A DNA stretch of 64,000 nt from positions 31,992,001-32,056,000 of the forward strand of contig CM060731.1 of the NCBI GenBank assembly GCA_030704615.1. The letters run 5' to 3'. The stretch comes from Takakia lepidozioides (lineage: Eukaryota; Plantae; Bryophyta). The notes beneath the pieces are model-generated. The model was not told where the DNA came from and searched no databases. It was given only the letters and a program-made list of their open reading frames with translations. Below are positions 36,464-49,300 of this stretch, piece after piece (the first letter of the stretch is position 1; each line of letters starts with the position of its first letter). The translations under genes and the position numbers were made by a program.

Positions 36464-39400
36464 ATGGCAGTTTTGACACTTGCACGGTTTGTTTTCTGGC
36501 AAATTCTGTGCCTTTTGGAGGTTATCGTGAGCGCAGTAGTTCATATGACGTTTGCACTAGCGATCATGGGATCAGCTATCTGGATCGATCTTGTTAGTAT
36601 TGTCACTGCAACTCCTCAACGCAGTGCGAAAGTCGTTCCTATTTTGGACGAAGCCAATGACATTAGTGGACGTCTCAGCATGCGGGTGGCGGAATCAGCT
36701 CCAGCATCTCGTAATCTCAGTGGTGCTGGAGTGTTTTTGGAAGGACAGGAGAATGCTCCTATTGTACTCGTGCACGGCATTTTCGGCTTCGGGAGAGGGG
36801 TATATCTTCGTCCATTCCCTTTGTGTTTCATTTCCCTGCCCTTCTCTGTATCTCCTGTTTTGATTTCGCCTTCTGTATGACCCCAATGCCCTTGTGTGGG
36901 GGTCGTCTGACAATTTGTGATACTCTTTGCCGGTGTAAGTTCGTCTCTCTCTTGCCCCCCCCACCCCCTGGGGTAACTAAGTCTTGAAGAGAAGACATCG
37001 TTTTTCTCTTCAAGTTCCCAACACAATTTGTTCATCCTCAATCGCATTCCTATCTCGTGGGTTTTGCTGTGTACTGATGTTCCAAAGCACTTGCCGCAGA
37101 AACTGGGAACTCTGTCTTACTGGGGTGGCGCAGAGCATAGAGACAACCGAGTTCTTGTCCCTGACCTTGGCGCCCTCTCCAGTATTCATGACAGGTCCTT
37201 TCCGAGTCCCTGACTGCACATTAGGTTAGCGGGGTAGCCAGAGACCGTACAAAGGCAAGGTAGAAATAACCAACCACAGTCGACCTTAGAAAAATGCAGG
37301 AATATTCCTCTCCCATTGTCGGAGGCTCACCCCAGTGTTGTATCTGGTCTTGCATGTTAGAGCCTTTTTCTTCCGCTTTTGCTTTGATAATGGGTGCATT
37401 GCTGACAATGGCGAGGATGAGTGGGAGTGGAGTCCATGCAATTTGTTCTGATAGAGTGCACTTCTTATCTTCGACTGCCTACTGCACTCACAAAAGTGGA
37501 GGGAGAGAATGTACTCATAAGGGGTTGTGTGCCATAGTGGAAGGAGAGAGAGAGTGAGCAGTCTTATTGTTTTCTCTGCCTTGTAGCTAGGGCAGTACTC
37601 TTCATCTGTTTAATCAATCACTTTGTTCTGCATGCAAACAGAGCTTGCGAACTTTTCTACTACTTGAAAGGGGGAACAGTGGACTATGGATTGGAGCATA
37701 GCCAGCAGTTGGGGCATTCTAGGTTTGGCAGAACATATGGTCAAGGTGACGATTTTTTCTGCACTTGAGTGATGAGTGCTTTGTAATGTATTTCATAGTA
37801 TCTGTTGTCCCAGTCATGTACATTATTTGCCATATGAGACATGCGAGCTATCTGGAAACACTAAACTAACTGCTGAAGCATTGGAAGAATTTTGCAAACC
37901 CTGCAGTTTGTGCTAATGATGCTCTTGCCACTCTTGAAACATGAGGATGCTCTCTAACCCTCAGCAATCGCCATCTCAGGTCACTATCCGGTGTGGGATG
38001 AAAACCATCCTGTGCACTTTGTAGGGCACTCTACGGGAGCGCAAGTCGTCCGCGTCCTACAGCATATGCTAGCTGAGAAGGTAGGCTGCTCTATCAGTTA
38101 CATTGTTTGATGAACACATTTCTCCCTCATGCAGACTGCATTGCAACTCTATCAGAAAGATGTTCATGTGGAATATAGGGGAGATAGAGAGAGGAAGAAG
38201 TATATAGTCAATTGTTTGTTCAGCAAAATGAAAAGTAGAAGAGACTGCCTAATTTGAAATCATCACTTTCCTTCTGGTACAGGGTAGGCAACGACATTGC
38301 TGGCTTATGTGTTTGAACTGTATTTGCAAGGAAAGGATAAATAGATGAATCACCACAACATAATTTTCGTTACACTACTTTATTGAGCACAATTGCACAT
38401 TCAGTTTGCTGTCTGCTTCGCTTTGACGTGGATGTTAATCATCTTTGGTCTTCTGGATGTGATTCCATAAGTCTATGTTTAAATTTCTAGCTTGTGAGAA
38501 GCAAATTCATGACATATTCAACGCTCAGGTACTCAGGCCGTGATTCAATATTCAGGTATAGGAGTAGACCTCTCTCTCATGTTCATGACATGTTCTAAAC
38601 AGAAGAGACCTCGAACAAAAGAATCAACAGGTTCTCTGTTCTTGCATCCAAACGCAAACATGCCCAAATCTCAGTGATGAGAGTGGACTTCATCTTGCAG
38701 TTCTTTCATGGTCACCAAAACACAACAGCAGACTGGGTGTGGAGTGTTACGTCGCTCTCGGGTGCTATGAATGGCACAACCCGGGTCTATTTTGATGGTA
38801 TCTGGTGAGTGATAGTAGAGGAAACTTCCGGTAGCCTTCTTGATAACTCGTTTCTCGTAGTTTTTCATAATGTGCTGCCATTTGTATGTCTCTGTCATCC
38901 CTCTCTGCCTCTCTCCAACTTCAATGCCCGAGGCTAGTGCTGGGTGGTGTTGTCATATATGATGCATGAAGCAATGTGAAACATGGTTGAAGTTGCTTTC
39001 AATAGCATACTGAGAACTGTTTCGCATGATTGCAGCCCAGAAGATGGCCGGACCATGAAAAGTTTCAGTCTTATACAGCTCCTGCGAGTGGGAGTCCTCC
39101 TCTATGAGTGGCTTGACATTCCAATTTTGAAAAGATATTATGCCTTTGGGTTCGACCATTACAATCTGCCATGGCATAAGTCTGGGCTTTCAGGCCTAAT
39201 AAACACAATGCTTGGTCGGTCAGGCCCCTTCGCAACTGGGAACTGGGTCCTCCCAGATTTGAGCATTCAATATGCTGTCCACTTGAATCAAAAGTTGAAG
39301 ACCTACCCCAACACTTACTACTTCAGGTATAAGGAAATAAGTTCTTAATTGCTTGCTTTATACAGGAGTGTGGAAAGTTGGAAGTCATTTCATTTGTTGA

Positions 39401-41372
39401 CATAATTTGGATAGTCTAGGGTAGCTGCCACTCTCACCCCTGTTGATCAGTGTTGGGGTATTGGATGAGATGGTCACAGCTATGCAACAAAAGGAACAAA
39501 GAAAGTACTTGCCCAAACAGTGCCTGTCAGTTTTCTTGGCACCCATCCACTGCTATTTCTCCGTGCTCTGCAAATTTCACAATGGCGGCACCCTTCTCAT
39601 CTCCCACCTCCTTGTGAGGGCTATAGGTACGGTTCATCAGTGCACTTACTGTCAATCATTGAGTTTCAGGGGCCATGTTTTGTGGAACTTGACGAGTCCA
39701 CAAAGGTCAAGGTTTATTAAATCGGCTGAAGATAGTCACATTTTATGGAGAAAGTCTTGGGTTATGACAAGCTAATGTGATATTGCAGGTGCTATGTCAT
39801 AAATGTTATGCTTAAGTGACATGCTGACAGTTTTAATTAGCTTTGCCTGGTAAGCACTGGTGCACCTCATGGCTCAGTTTTCTAGTTACTCCCGATAAAG
39901 TGGGAGAAACTCACAGCCCCTTTTTTTGAGCCCACAAATGCCCAAACCCGAGACAAATTGGGCGGATCCCTTGGATATTGAGAGGCTAGACCTTCATTTT
40001 AACCTATGTGAAGCAGGTTTTGCCTCCTTCTACTAAAATGGTATAGACATGATACTTCTCCTCGACATTTTTGTCTCTCCCCATTTCAGTAACAACATAA
40101 ACAAAGGTAGTGAGCTTCTGCATTACCTGTGTCACACTTCTTCCTGCACTCCAGTTGGCTAGTAGCTAATTGAGCCTTTGCCAGGATGTGCTCTCAGAGG
40201 ATATCTGACATATTGGGCAAGTGCCCATGATGTACTTCACCACCTAATCGCCAGATGGATTCTAACTTGCAATGAAACTTTACCTGACTTACACTGGTGT
40301 AAAGTTTGTTCTGCCCGATCTTCTCTTCCACCTCATTTCAGGCAGAACAATTGGACATAGTGTAAGGAAAGATTCCCATGATTCTAAGCATCGCATTATA
40401 CGCGATCTATACTCAGTGTTGGGAGCTGATTAATTTTCGTGGGGGAGGACTTTGTCATTGATAACCGACGTCAAGTCTCCACTCTTTATGTCGAGTTGAA
40501 GTCAGTGGGAGTGGTGGTCTCAGCTTTGTGATTGGTAACCAATGTCAAGATTCTACACTTTATGTCACGTTAGTCCAGGTTATAACTTTTAGCTTTGGGT
40601 TACTCTTGAGTGTCCGTATGAAGTTCTTAATCTGTGGATACATAGATGAATTTTATGGAGAGTCTGGGGTTCTCTTGCAGGGACGAGGATTGGCATGACA
40701 ATGATGGAGCTTTGAACACGGTGTCAATGTTGTACCCGTGTGTGCCCTTTGAGCATCCACATCGCGAATTCACCGAATTCAAGGAGGGAGAGACATTGGG
40801 ACCAGGACTTTGGTATGCCTTTTCGTGCAGCCACTCTCATGATTGTAGGATTTTTCTTGTTGGCATGGAGCTGAGGGCAATGAATGTCAGAGTTTGAGAT
40901 TCATGTGTTCATGGATTGTGTGGGGTTGTAATGAAGTCTTCTTAAGCAAGTCCCTTCACAGCATCGATCTTTTGTTAGTTTCAACCTCTGATGTCCTACT
41001 TATGTTCCTTTTTTGTTATGTCCAATTTGGACACAGGGCCCAAGGCCACTGGAACAGTCAACTGAGTAGATTTCTCCTATGGTTAGGGATGCCGTATCCT
41101 CAGCCAGGTTTTACAAAAATGTCAATTTTGCTTCTTTCAGTGGATTCTTCTGTTTTGGTTTTAACTAGCTCCAAGACAAATGGAAGAGGTGGAAAATAAG
41201 ATGGGTGGGATTATGCAGGTACTATACCACACTGGAAGCAGATCATATTTACTTCGTCATCAACCGAGAGAGAGCTGGTGTCCACTTCGATGGATTATAT
41301 GACAGCATATTCCAGCGTTGCCGGAAACAGATGAGACGGCTGCCTTCATTACAGAAAAATTGTCTACTGTAG
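36464..41372 (+). CDS. Alpha/beta-hydrolase lipase (GHSxG type), multi-exon
   Basis: Exon motifs PIVLVHGIFGFG, SYWGGAE..VLVPDLGALSSIHDR, ELFYYLKGGTVDYG, HFVGHSTGAQVVR, DWHDNDGALNTVSM and EADH, with GT-AG boundaries. Stop TAG at 41370-41372. Confidence 0.9.
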
Positions 41373-42933
41373 TTTGTTTGAACCAGTGTGTTTGCCACCA
41401 GTGCCGTTAACAACAACAGGCAAGCTAATCACACAAATTATTGGAGCTTCTGCCAAAGCCCACACACATTTACATCAGGGGTGTTCTGAAAGAGATGCAG
41501 CACCCTCAGTCATTCTTAAGCCTTCTTCCTTCTGATGCACGTAGAAGTGTGGTATTGCTGGATCCGCACTTCACAAATGTGAATAAGCCTTGGCTCGATT
41601 ATCTTTCTAAATTGTTCAGTTTGTCGGTACAAGTAGACAATGATTGTCACCTGGAATCACTGAAATTGGATAAACATTGTAATTCATTGGGTCAGATTAT
41701 TGAGAGTGCACTGGACAGGCTCTGGTAAAGGGTTTGATCAGTTTGTATAGCGGTGTAGGGTGACCTCATTGACTTAACCATCTTAAATGGGACAGTCATA
41801 TTGACGTCCTGAAGTGATCGATTGAAAGGACACAGCAGAGCAAAGGATCTGCCAATTTGTAACAATCAGTTCCCCTTGTTGTTCTTCCCTGTGTGCTTGC
41901 ATGGTGCGCTTACTTGTGGAAAAGATAAGTATTTGCTGACAGGTTGTATAAACTATAAACGCATACAGACTGTGTGTAATGCAAATGCCACTGTCAATTA
42001 ATCCTTTTGAAGTTTTACTAGTTCACGTTATATTTAATAAGCACAAGCTGTTATTGGTGATCTACATTTTGCTGCCAATTGGCTATATGTATCAAGCCTA
42101 CTTAGTGTTCCAAGTTATGTAACTGCAGCGGAGATTCTTGACTGATGAGACTTCATTATATACTGTGTTTGATGCCCACTCATATACACACACAGTCAGA
42201 GCCCAAGGCAAGGTCTTCATGTAACTCTGGAAAGCTGTATCGGATAAAATCATAGGGACAACTATGCGTGTACATCAAAATTTTGAATAGATTATGTTGC
42301 AACACTTTTTAGGCAACATGACCTCACCATAGTTTTGTCAATGTACTTTGCTGCAACACCCAAGCGCGGAAAGCTTCACCAAGGAGGGGAAGAAAAAGAA
42401 AGTAAAAACTCAAATAAAAAAGCAGTGATTGTGAAACCTGTTCTCTCCTATATCCCAGAAGAAGAAGACTCCGACCAAAGCCGTCGTAACTGAGAGCCAT
42501 TTCGCCTTGCGACTAACCCTATGTTCCATACTTATGAAGTGCATCCCACAAAGAGAGCTGGAAGGGAAGTGGAAGCTATAAACTAGAAACATGGCTTGTG
42601 TTCTTTGTGTTCAAAGCAATAGGAACCGCTTTCGATAGAATCCCAAAGGAACAGAGGCAATGTTCCCAAGGCCCTTGTTTCAACTACGTTATGTGCATAC
42701 AAAGTCATGTAACTGAGGGGGGGGGATCCATGGCAGAGGTGCAGATGCAGGAAAAATCAAGGCAAACACAATGGAAGATAGTAAGAGAACTTGGTGCATG
42801 TGTTGTTGTGGATGAATACTTGGGGGCTGTAAATGAAAACGCTATGGGTGGATGTGCCTTATCCAAAGGGAGGGAGGAGAAGAAACATGGTCGTCTGTCT
42901 GTGAATGCTTTCAGTCTTCCCTCTGTGTGAGCT

Positions 42934-43395
42934 ATGGCGATGATGGCCACTGCCATGATGGGCTCGTCTCTGGCCGCCTCTCCTCTCTCTGCCCTGTCAA
43001 AGCCCACAATGTGTTCCTCCTTCTCGGGAACCAAGCTCTGCCCAAAGCTGCCAGTGCTTCCATTCACTGCTGTACCGGGGTCCTTACAAATAGAGGCGAT
43101 GAAGAAGATCCAGGGGCGGGTGGTGTGTGCGTCCAGCGACAAGACGATTGCTGTGGAGGTGACGAGGATCGCGCCGCATCCCAAGTACAAGAAGCGAGTA
43201 AAGACCACCAAGAAGTATCACGTCCATGACCCTGCCAACTCTTGCAAGGTTGGTGACGTTGTCACTGTAGCCAAGTGTGCACCTGTGAGTAAGAGTAAGA
43301 CTTTTATTGTTGTGGACATCAAAGCAGGTCGCAAGCCTGGTACGAGGCTACCGGCACCTACATTGCCTCCCTTGGAGTCGGCCGTGACTGCTTGA
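42934..43395 (+). CDS. RPS17: Plastid 30S ribosomal protein S17 (uS17c), nuclear-encoded with transit peptide, intronless CDS
   Basis: S/A-rich transit peptide followed by MKKIQGRVVCASSDKTIAVEVTRIAPHPKYKKRVKTTKKYHVHDPANSCKVGDVVTVAKCAPVSKSKTF. Confidence 0.96.
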   Translation: MAMMATAMMGSSLAASPLSALSKPTMCSSFSGTKLCPKLPVLPFTAVPGSLQIEAMKKIQGRVVCASSDKTIAVEVTRIAPHPKYKKRVKTTKKYHVHDPANSCKVGDVVTVAKCAPVSKSKTFIVVDIKAGRKPGTRLPAPTLPPLESAVTA

Positions 43396-45302
43396 GCCAT
43401 GGCTTGAACCATGGAAGTCCTTCCATGGAATTTGGTGCACATAAGCCAGGTTCTCAACTCCAGTGTAAAACAGGTTCATTTCTTGCCTACATGTTTAAGG
43501 GTTTAGCAGGCATTCCAGTCGTAAGGCAGCTGGATGATTCAAATTTTTAAGAGCTTCCAGAACGATGAGCGACGGATATTATTCTGTGCTTCTTGCTGAG
43601 GCAGCTGTCTGTTCTTTAATTCAGTAATAGATTGTACGGCTCTATCTGTCTCTTCGTGTGTTAGCCTGCAAGACAGAAATCTAGGATCATTCCGGAATTT
43701 GTGCATGTGAGTCATACTTGCCATATCATCGCAATTTTAGTACCCCCACAGCCTGACCTGATGGGAGGTCTTCAGTAATGAGCCCTAACAGGAAAGAGGT
43801 TTGAGTCTGAAACTTGTTCATAGATCCCTACCTCTTGCATCGCTCATGTGTCTTACGGTTCTTAGTATTCTGGGCTGTGGGAAAACTGGGTTGTGGGGTT
43901 TTTTCACGTTAGTACTTTCTAATAGCTGTAACCACAAACCTCCCCCAAGGACAAAAGTGTGGAGAAACAGAGCGATGATGAATAACCCTACACTACAACT
44001 TGAGCTCCTTCTTGAGCTCATCGATCACACCCTTTCTGGCTGCTATCTTGGCCACTCATTGCAACTACTGATCGTGGTAGATCCCGTCTAATGCAACGAG
44101 AAGCTGGCTGTGAAATTTGGTCTAGGCGTCTGCCCACAAACAAGAGGGCGCAGTTGAAGCTGAAAGCACTCACTGTTTTGATCCAGTCTGTCCAGTACCA
44201 TTACCCATGTGCTTGCTTTTAGAGCAAAGAGGAGGCCTTCAGGCATGCACAGTAGGCAACAAGAAAGGACTTTGAATAAATAGTGAAAAGTTTGAAATGC
44301 TTGCACTTTGTTGGAATTTGCAGCTGGATTCCCATGGCCTGTGCACTAGCCTGTCATAATTCTCCACATAAGAGTAGCATGTTGGGTCTTTCTCCACGGA
44401 TAGGGAAAGAGCATAGAACATACAAGGAGTTTATTCAGGAGACTTACATTCCTCTACATGATCATTCGGGGTTGGGTCGAAGCACAACTTGGAGCCTGGA
44501 GTGTCCAATTTGACAGACCCAAAAGGAAGCCCAACAATGTGTAGGGGATGAGAAGATGAAAAGCCAGCGACTTGAGAACACGTCACAAGCAATGGGGGCT
44601 GATACGAAAAATCATGGGTGTATGGGTGTGTTGGGACTTACTCTTTTGATGATTTAATGTGTGTGTTTCGTTTGTAATGTTCTCTTGAATAATAGATAAC
44701 CAAAACATGATACACTGTCTTCCATGCATAGACAGTTACTTCATGTGGTATGTTTTCTCACCATACTGTAGTATCGAACAATCGATGACATGCTTTGAAG
44801 CTAATCTATGAACAAGAGTGAATTGGAGGTCTTTCTATGGTAATGGATGTGCCCTGAAGAGGATTGAATAAGAGGTCTCAAAGTGTGTGTGTGCGTATAC
44901 TAGACATGAAACTCAACACATTATTGACTTCGCCCATGGGCATACCAGCCAACTAGTGAGATTCACACTCAAGTGCCAACTAAGACATTGATGCTGTCAA
45001 AAGTTTTCCAAGAGATGGGGGCACCTAGATATTGAAATCTATAACAAGTATGCAGTCATTCTGAAATACTCTTTTTCTATTATGACTCCAGAGATTTGGT
45101 TGCTAAAAGAAAATAGTTTTGAAAACATTGAAGCTTGCATGTCAATCAGGAAGCCAAATTCCAAGTCACTTGTGAGCAAGTCTACACACCAAATGACTCC
45201 AAGAACCCTATGGAGCAAGTTCTTGGGTACCAGCATACTAGTGATACCATGAGGACCATGCGACACTGCCCCTAACCTTGATGTCTCTCTTTTGTCAACT
45301 CA

Positions 45303-45824
45303 GTGACATGGGGGAGGACATCTTGGATGACCTCAAGGGTCTACCCACTCTCGGCACTAGACTGAAATTTAAACTCAGGGCAGGAAGCCTACCTTTGAAC
45401 AGCAAACAGAAGCAGAGAGGAAAGGGAGAGTGCAATTACCCGTTGTGTGGGCAATCTGAAGACAGTATTCATTTTCTGATACACTGTCCGGGGTTCTCTC
45501 ACCAAAGAGACGCTCTCTTCAAATCTATTAAGGGAATTGTGCCTGTACCCCTGTTTACCAACTTTGAAAGTCTCGAGGCTGAGCCAAAAGCCTAGGCCCT
45601 CCTGAGGCCTAGTTTTTGGGCAAATCACACACAACAGATTGATGCTTGTGTGAACGGATTTCTAGAGGATATCGGGAAAACCCGGATTAATTCTTTATAT
45701 GGAGGTAAGTCTTACTACCAACGTCAGCCCCTGACAGAGGTAGGTTGTCCCTTTTGTTCCCGCTCAAACTGGGCGCGGGGTCAATGGCCACAAGGCTACG
45801 GCAAACAACGTCTTATGATTACAA
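45303..45824 (+). mobile_element. 5'-truncated non-LTR retrotransposon (LINE, RTE/RTEX-like 3' end)
   Basis: 15-bp TSD TCTTTTGTCAACTCA at 45288-45302 and 45825-45839. Encodes the ORF2 C-terminal zinc knuckle region LKFKLRAGSLPL...(Y)PLCGQSEDSIHFLIHCP. Confidence 0.85.
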
Positions 45825-46350
45825 TCTTTTGTCAACTCAATCTCTCAAACTCCTATTCAGTCGAAAAAATAGTGTACTAATTTTTATGGAGCACTCAATG
45901 GAGCTGCATCACACACCCCATGCTAAAAATGAGACGATGTGAGAAGCGAACTATACACAAAAAAAACCTTTTATACAGTGACCAGAGCAAGTGCCACAAA
46001 TCTTATTACTCAAATCTACATTTCACTAAGTCTCTTCGCGGCCTCCTCAGTACGAGGTCTAAGCTAGGGCATGTACGTTTGTCGCTGGCTAGTTCCATGA
46101 AAAGTCGATGGCAACTGTACAAAGAATTACTGAGAAGTGGAAATCCTCACAAGCTTGTGTGATGTTCTTCAGGTCTTCTAGATGTTTTGACATGAAAATG
46201 AGTTACGAACTGTGTCTGGCAACGGTACTAAAATGCAGAGAGTGAATGACAGTTTTCCAAAATGTGGGAAAGCTGCCTGGAAGAAGACGACCCCCACCAG
46301 AACTGTGTTTTAGTATGACCATCTGCCAAGAAGTACATTTGACAGATACA

Positions 46351-49300
46351 TCAAGAAAAGGAGGTAGACGGAAGAGAAGGGGGCCGCCCATAGAGAAGCT
46401 TGCGGTGAATTAGCTGCTTGAAAGCTGCAACAGCCGCTCCATGAAGAGCAGGGTCCCGCTCTGGCCCTGAACGGGTGAGTGGACCCCCAGCTTGAGCACA
46501 GCTTTGTAGAATCGCAACCACTTGTGGCGCCAGTACTGGAAATGCTGCAGCACATTGAGCCAAAGGCGCCAACACCAATTGCAAAAATCCAGCAGTGCCT
46601 GCCACTTTGCTTCGCACTTGGGATACATGTGCCACTACCTGTTCCCGGACCCGTCCTAGCTCTGGTTAGCCATAATGGGTTGTTTGGCAATCTAAAGGTT
46701 TATGGAGGGCATGTATCTTTGGACATAGTCCAGATTTTTCCAAGAATTGCCTTATGCTCCCATACTATGACATACCATTATCTTGGGTTGTCAAATCAAT
46801 TTAAAGGAATGAATGGAGGATGAACAAACCTGTTGCACAGCAGAAAGGCTCTGGGGAAGTGAGGTGTGCGCACAGGCAATATGGACTGTCAGCACTACAG
46901 CAAACACCTGGCAGTGCTCTCGTGGCTGCTGAAGGAGCTCCCCTACAAAATCCAGGCACTGGACCATGGTGGGCACACCCTCCACCATCATTGGTATCAA
47001 CGCCAGATCATAGCCCTGCTTCCCAACCGGGCCCCAAACCAGGCACTGCATTAGAAGCAACTTCATTGCCTCCCATCTCTAAAATGGCATGCTGTAGGCT
47101 CCTATATATGCAAGGCAACAGCGTCTGCTCTAATAAGCAAATTGGTACGGCATTAATTGCATCCTTGTAATAATCAGAGCAACACTTCATAGGAGAAACA
47201 GTCAAAGATAAGAAGTCCTCCCATGTTCTTCCTGAATCTTCCTCTCTCTTCCTGGCATTTGTCTGAAACTACGGAGAAAAGAAAGACTGCACAAAGGATC
47301 TTCGTACAAAAGAATCTGAGAAAGAGCACCTGGAAATGCAAGAGCTTCAAAAGTAACGGACTGGAGTGTAAAAGAGAGGAGACTGTGGCACAAATTAGGC
47401 TCCGTGCTTCCAATAGCGGCCCAGGTTCGCTGTCATCACCCATCCCTGCCATGGGAAGACATCCTTCCAGCAAAATCTGGCACACGGCACTGTACAAGAT
47501 ACCCCCCTCAAAAGTCAACAATTCGTGTACTTAGGTGTCTTCTCACACACTATTAATTGGGTCCACCACTCTAACATTGACATAGAACTCTCAGGGAAAG
47601 AGAACCAGAAAGAGCCAAACCAAGCCAATTCCAAGTTATCCTGCTGAGACGAGATGCACCTGGACCATAGTTTCATAGCAGATCCACACCAGACAACGAA
47701 ACACTTAAGATGGTTATGCACCTGTCCTGGGCTGCAAGGGCTGCTGCAACTTCCTCGCGCTTAATCCCACCATCCCTCCCACCCTCCGTCGCCACTGCCT
47801 GACACATTCGCCTGTTTGCAGTTAAAAGCTCCATCAGCAAGTCAAGTACAACCCCAAGTAAGGGCGTCCGATACACGCGGGCACTGCAAGCTAGTAATCC
47901 CAAAGGCTCTTGCAGGAGTCCACTGGCAGACAATGTTATCAACTGAGACCCCTTTTTCTTCTCCGAGTGAAAGCTGGCCTGTCTGCCAACATTGCCCCCT
48001 GTCCCATTAGAAGAAATGGGAGGGTCTTTGAGAGAATTGAGCAGCAATGGCGAAAGATACTCGGTGGATGACGTAGGTAGGCGTCGCCACCAAACACAGA
48101 AGCTTTCTTGGAGACAGCGTGAACATGCAGGGTCCAAAAGGAGGGGCACCAACTCTTTAACTACAGCTGCCTCTACTTCCCAAACCTTTGCTCCCAATCC
48201 CAACTGGATCTCACCCCTTTCTCTCAAACTGACTTTGTCCCATCTCATAGCGCCACCACCCATGGCCTGCAACACTCTTAGTGTCGGCAAAGGCTCCTTC
48301 AGAGCATTCCTCATCGTGTTCACCACAGTCTCCTTTGAGAACACAACACTTTGAGCCTCTTGCAAGGTATCAATTTCCATCTCCAATAATGCAGAGACCT
48401 CTACTGAATCAGACTCTTTAAATGAATAGTTGAGCTCGGACTTCTCTGCAAGTTGCATGTTTCTAGGAGGAGGAGCAGTAATGGGCCCAATCCATGCAAG
48501 ATCAGCTGTGGCTGGCACACCATCCACAAGAGGTTTGAAGACATCACTGGATGTCTTGGAGTCTTGGAGGAGTGCTGGGACTAGAAGGCGCTCTGGAAGA
48601 ACAATGGAAGCAACCGAAAGCCACTGCAAACAGTGCTCATGTCTGTGAGAAAAAGTATTGAAGTTCATCTTCCAAACAGTGACATCAATTTCTAAGGTCT
48701 TAACAAGTTCCAGCAATTCTTATGATGAACTCTTCGGGTGCTGTGATATAGTCCAACTTACCGATCCTACACTTTCAAAGTGAAAGGAACTTCTAATTGT
48801 TAACATAAACAGACAACAGCACAGAAACTGCAAAAAGTTTCAACTTTTATGTACCCTTCAACAATACCTGTGGAAGCAAGTGTTCATATGCAGGCCAGTG
48901 CCCTTCCATGTATGCAAGGAGTCGTCTCAAAGGCAGGCACGCAAGTAGCTCTGACCATCCTCTTTCACCAGCTTCCCCTGATGACAAATCCCCACTATTG
49001 GATCCAGCATCAACACCAATATTCCTTGAAATCTGCTCCCTACATAGAATATAGAATACAACCAGCGCCGCTGTAGCAATAGGATCTTCACTTGCTATGG
49101 CACGCTGAAGGTTGGGAGCATGTTGTTTCGAGTTTCCTCTCTTTTCTGTTGCCACAACCCAAGCAGGCTTTGTGGCATACTTTGATGACTTGGGATTAGC
49201 TGATGAACTGTTGTGACACAAATCCACACAAGCTGGGGCTATGGCTGACACCAACCAATCACGAGAAAAGGGCCGCATTCGAAATGGCTGTGCTGGACCC

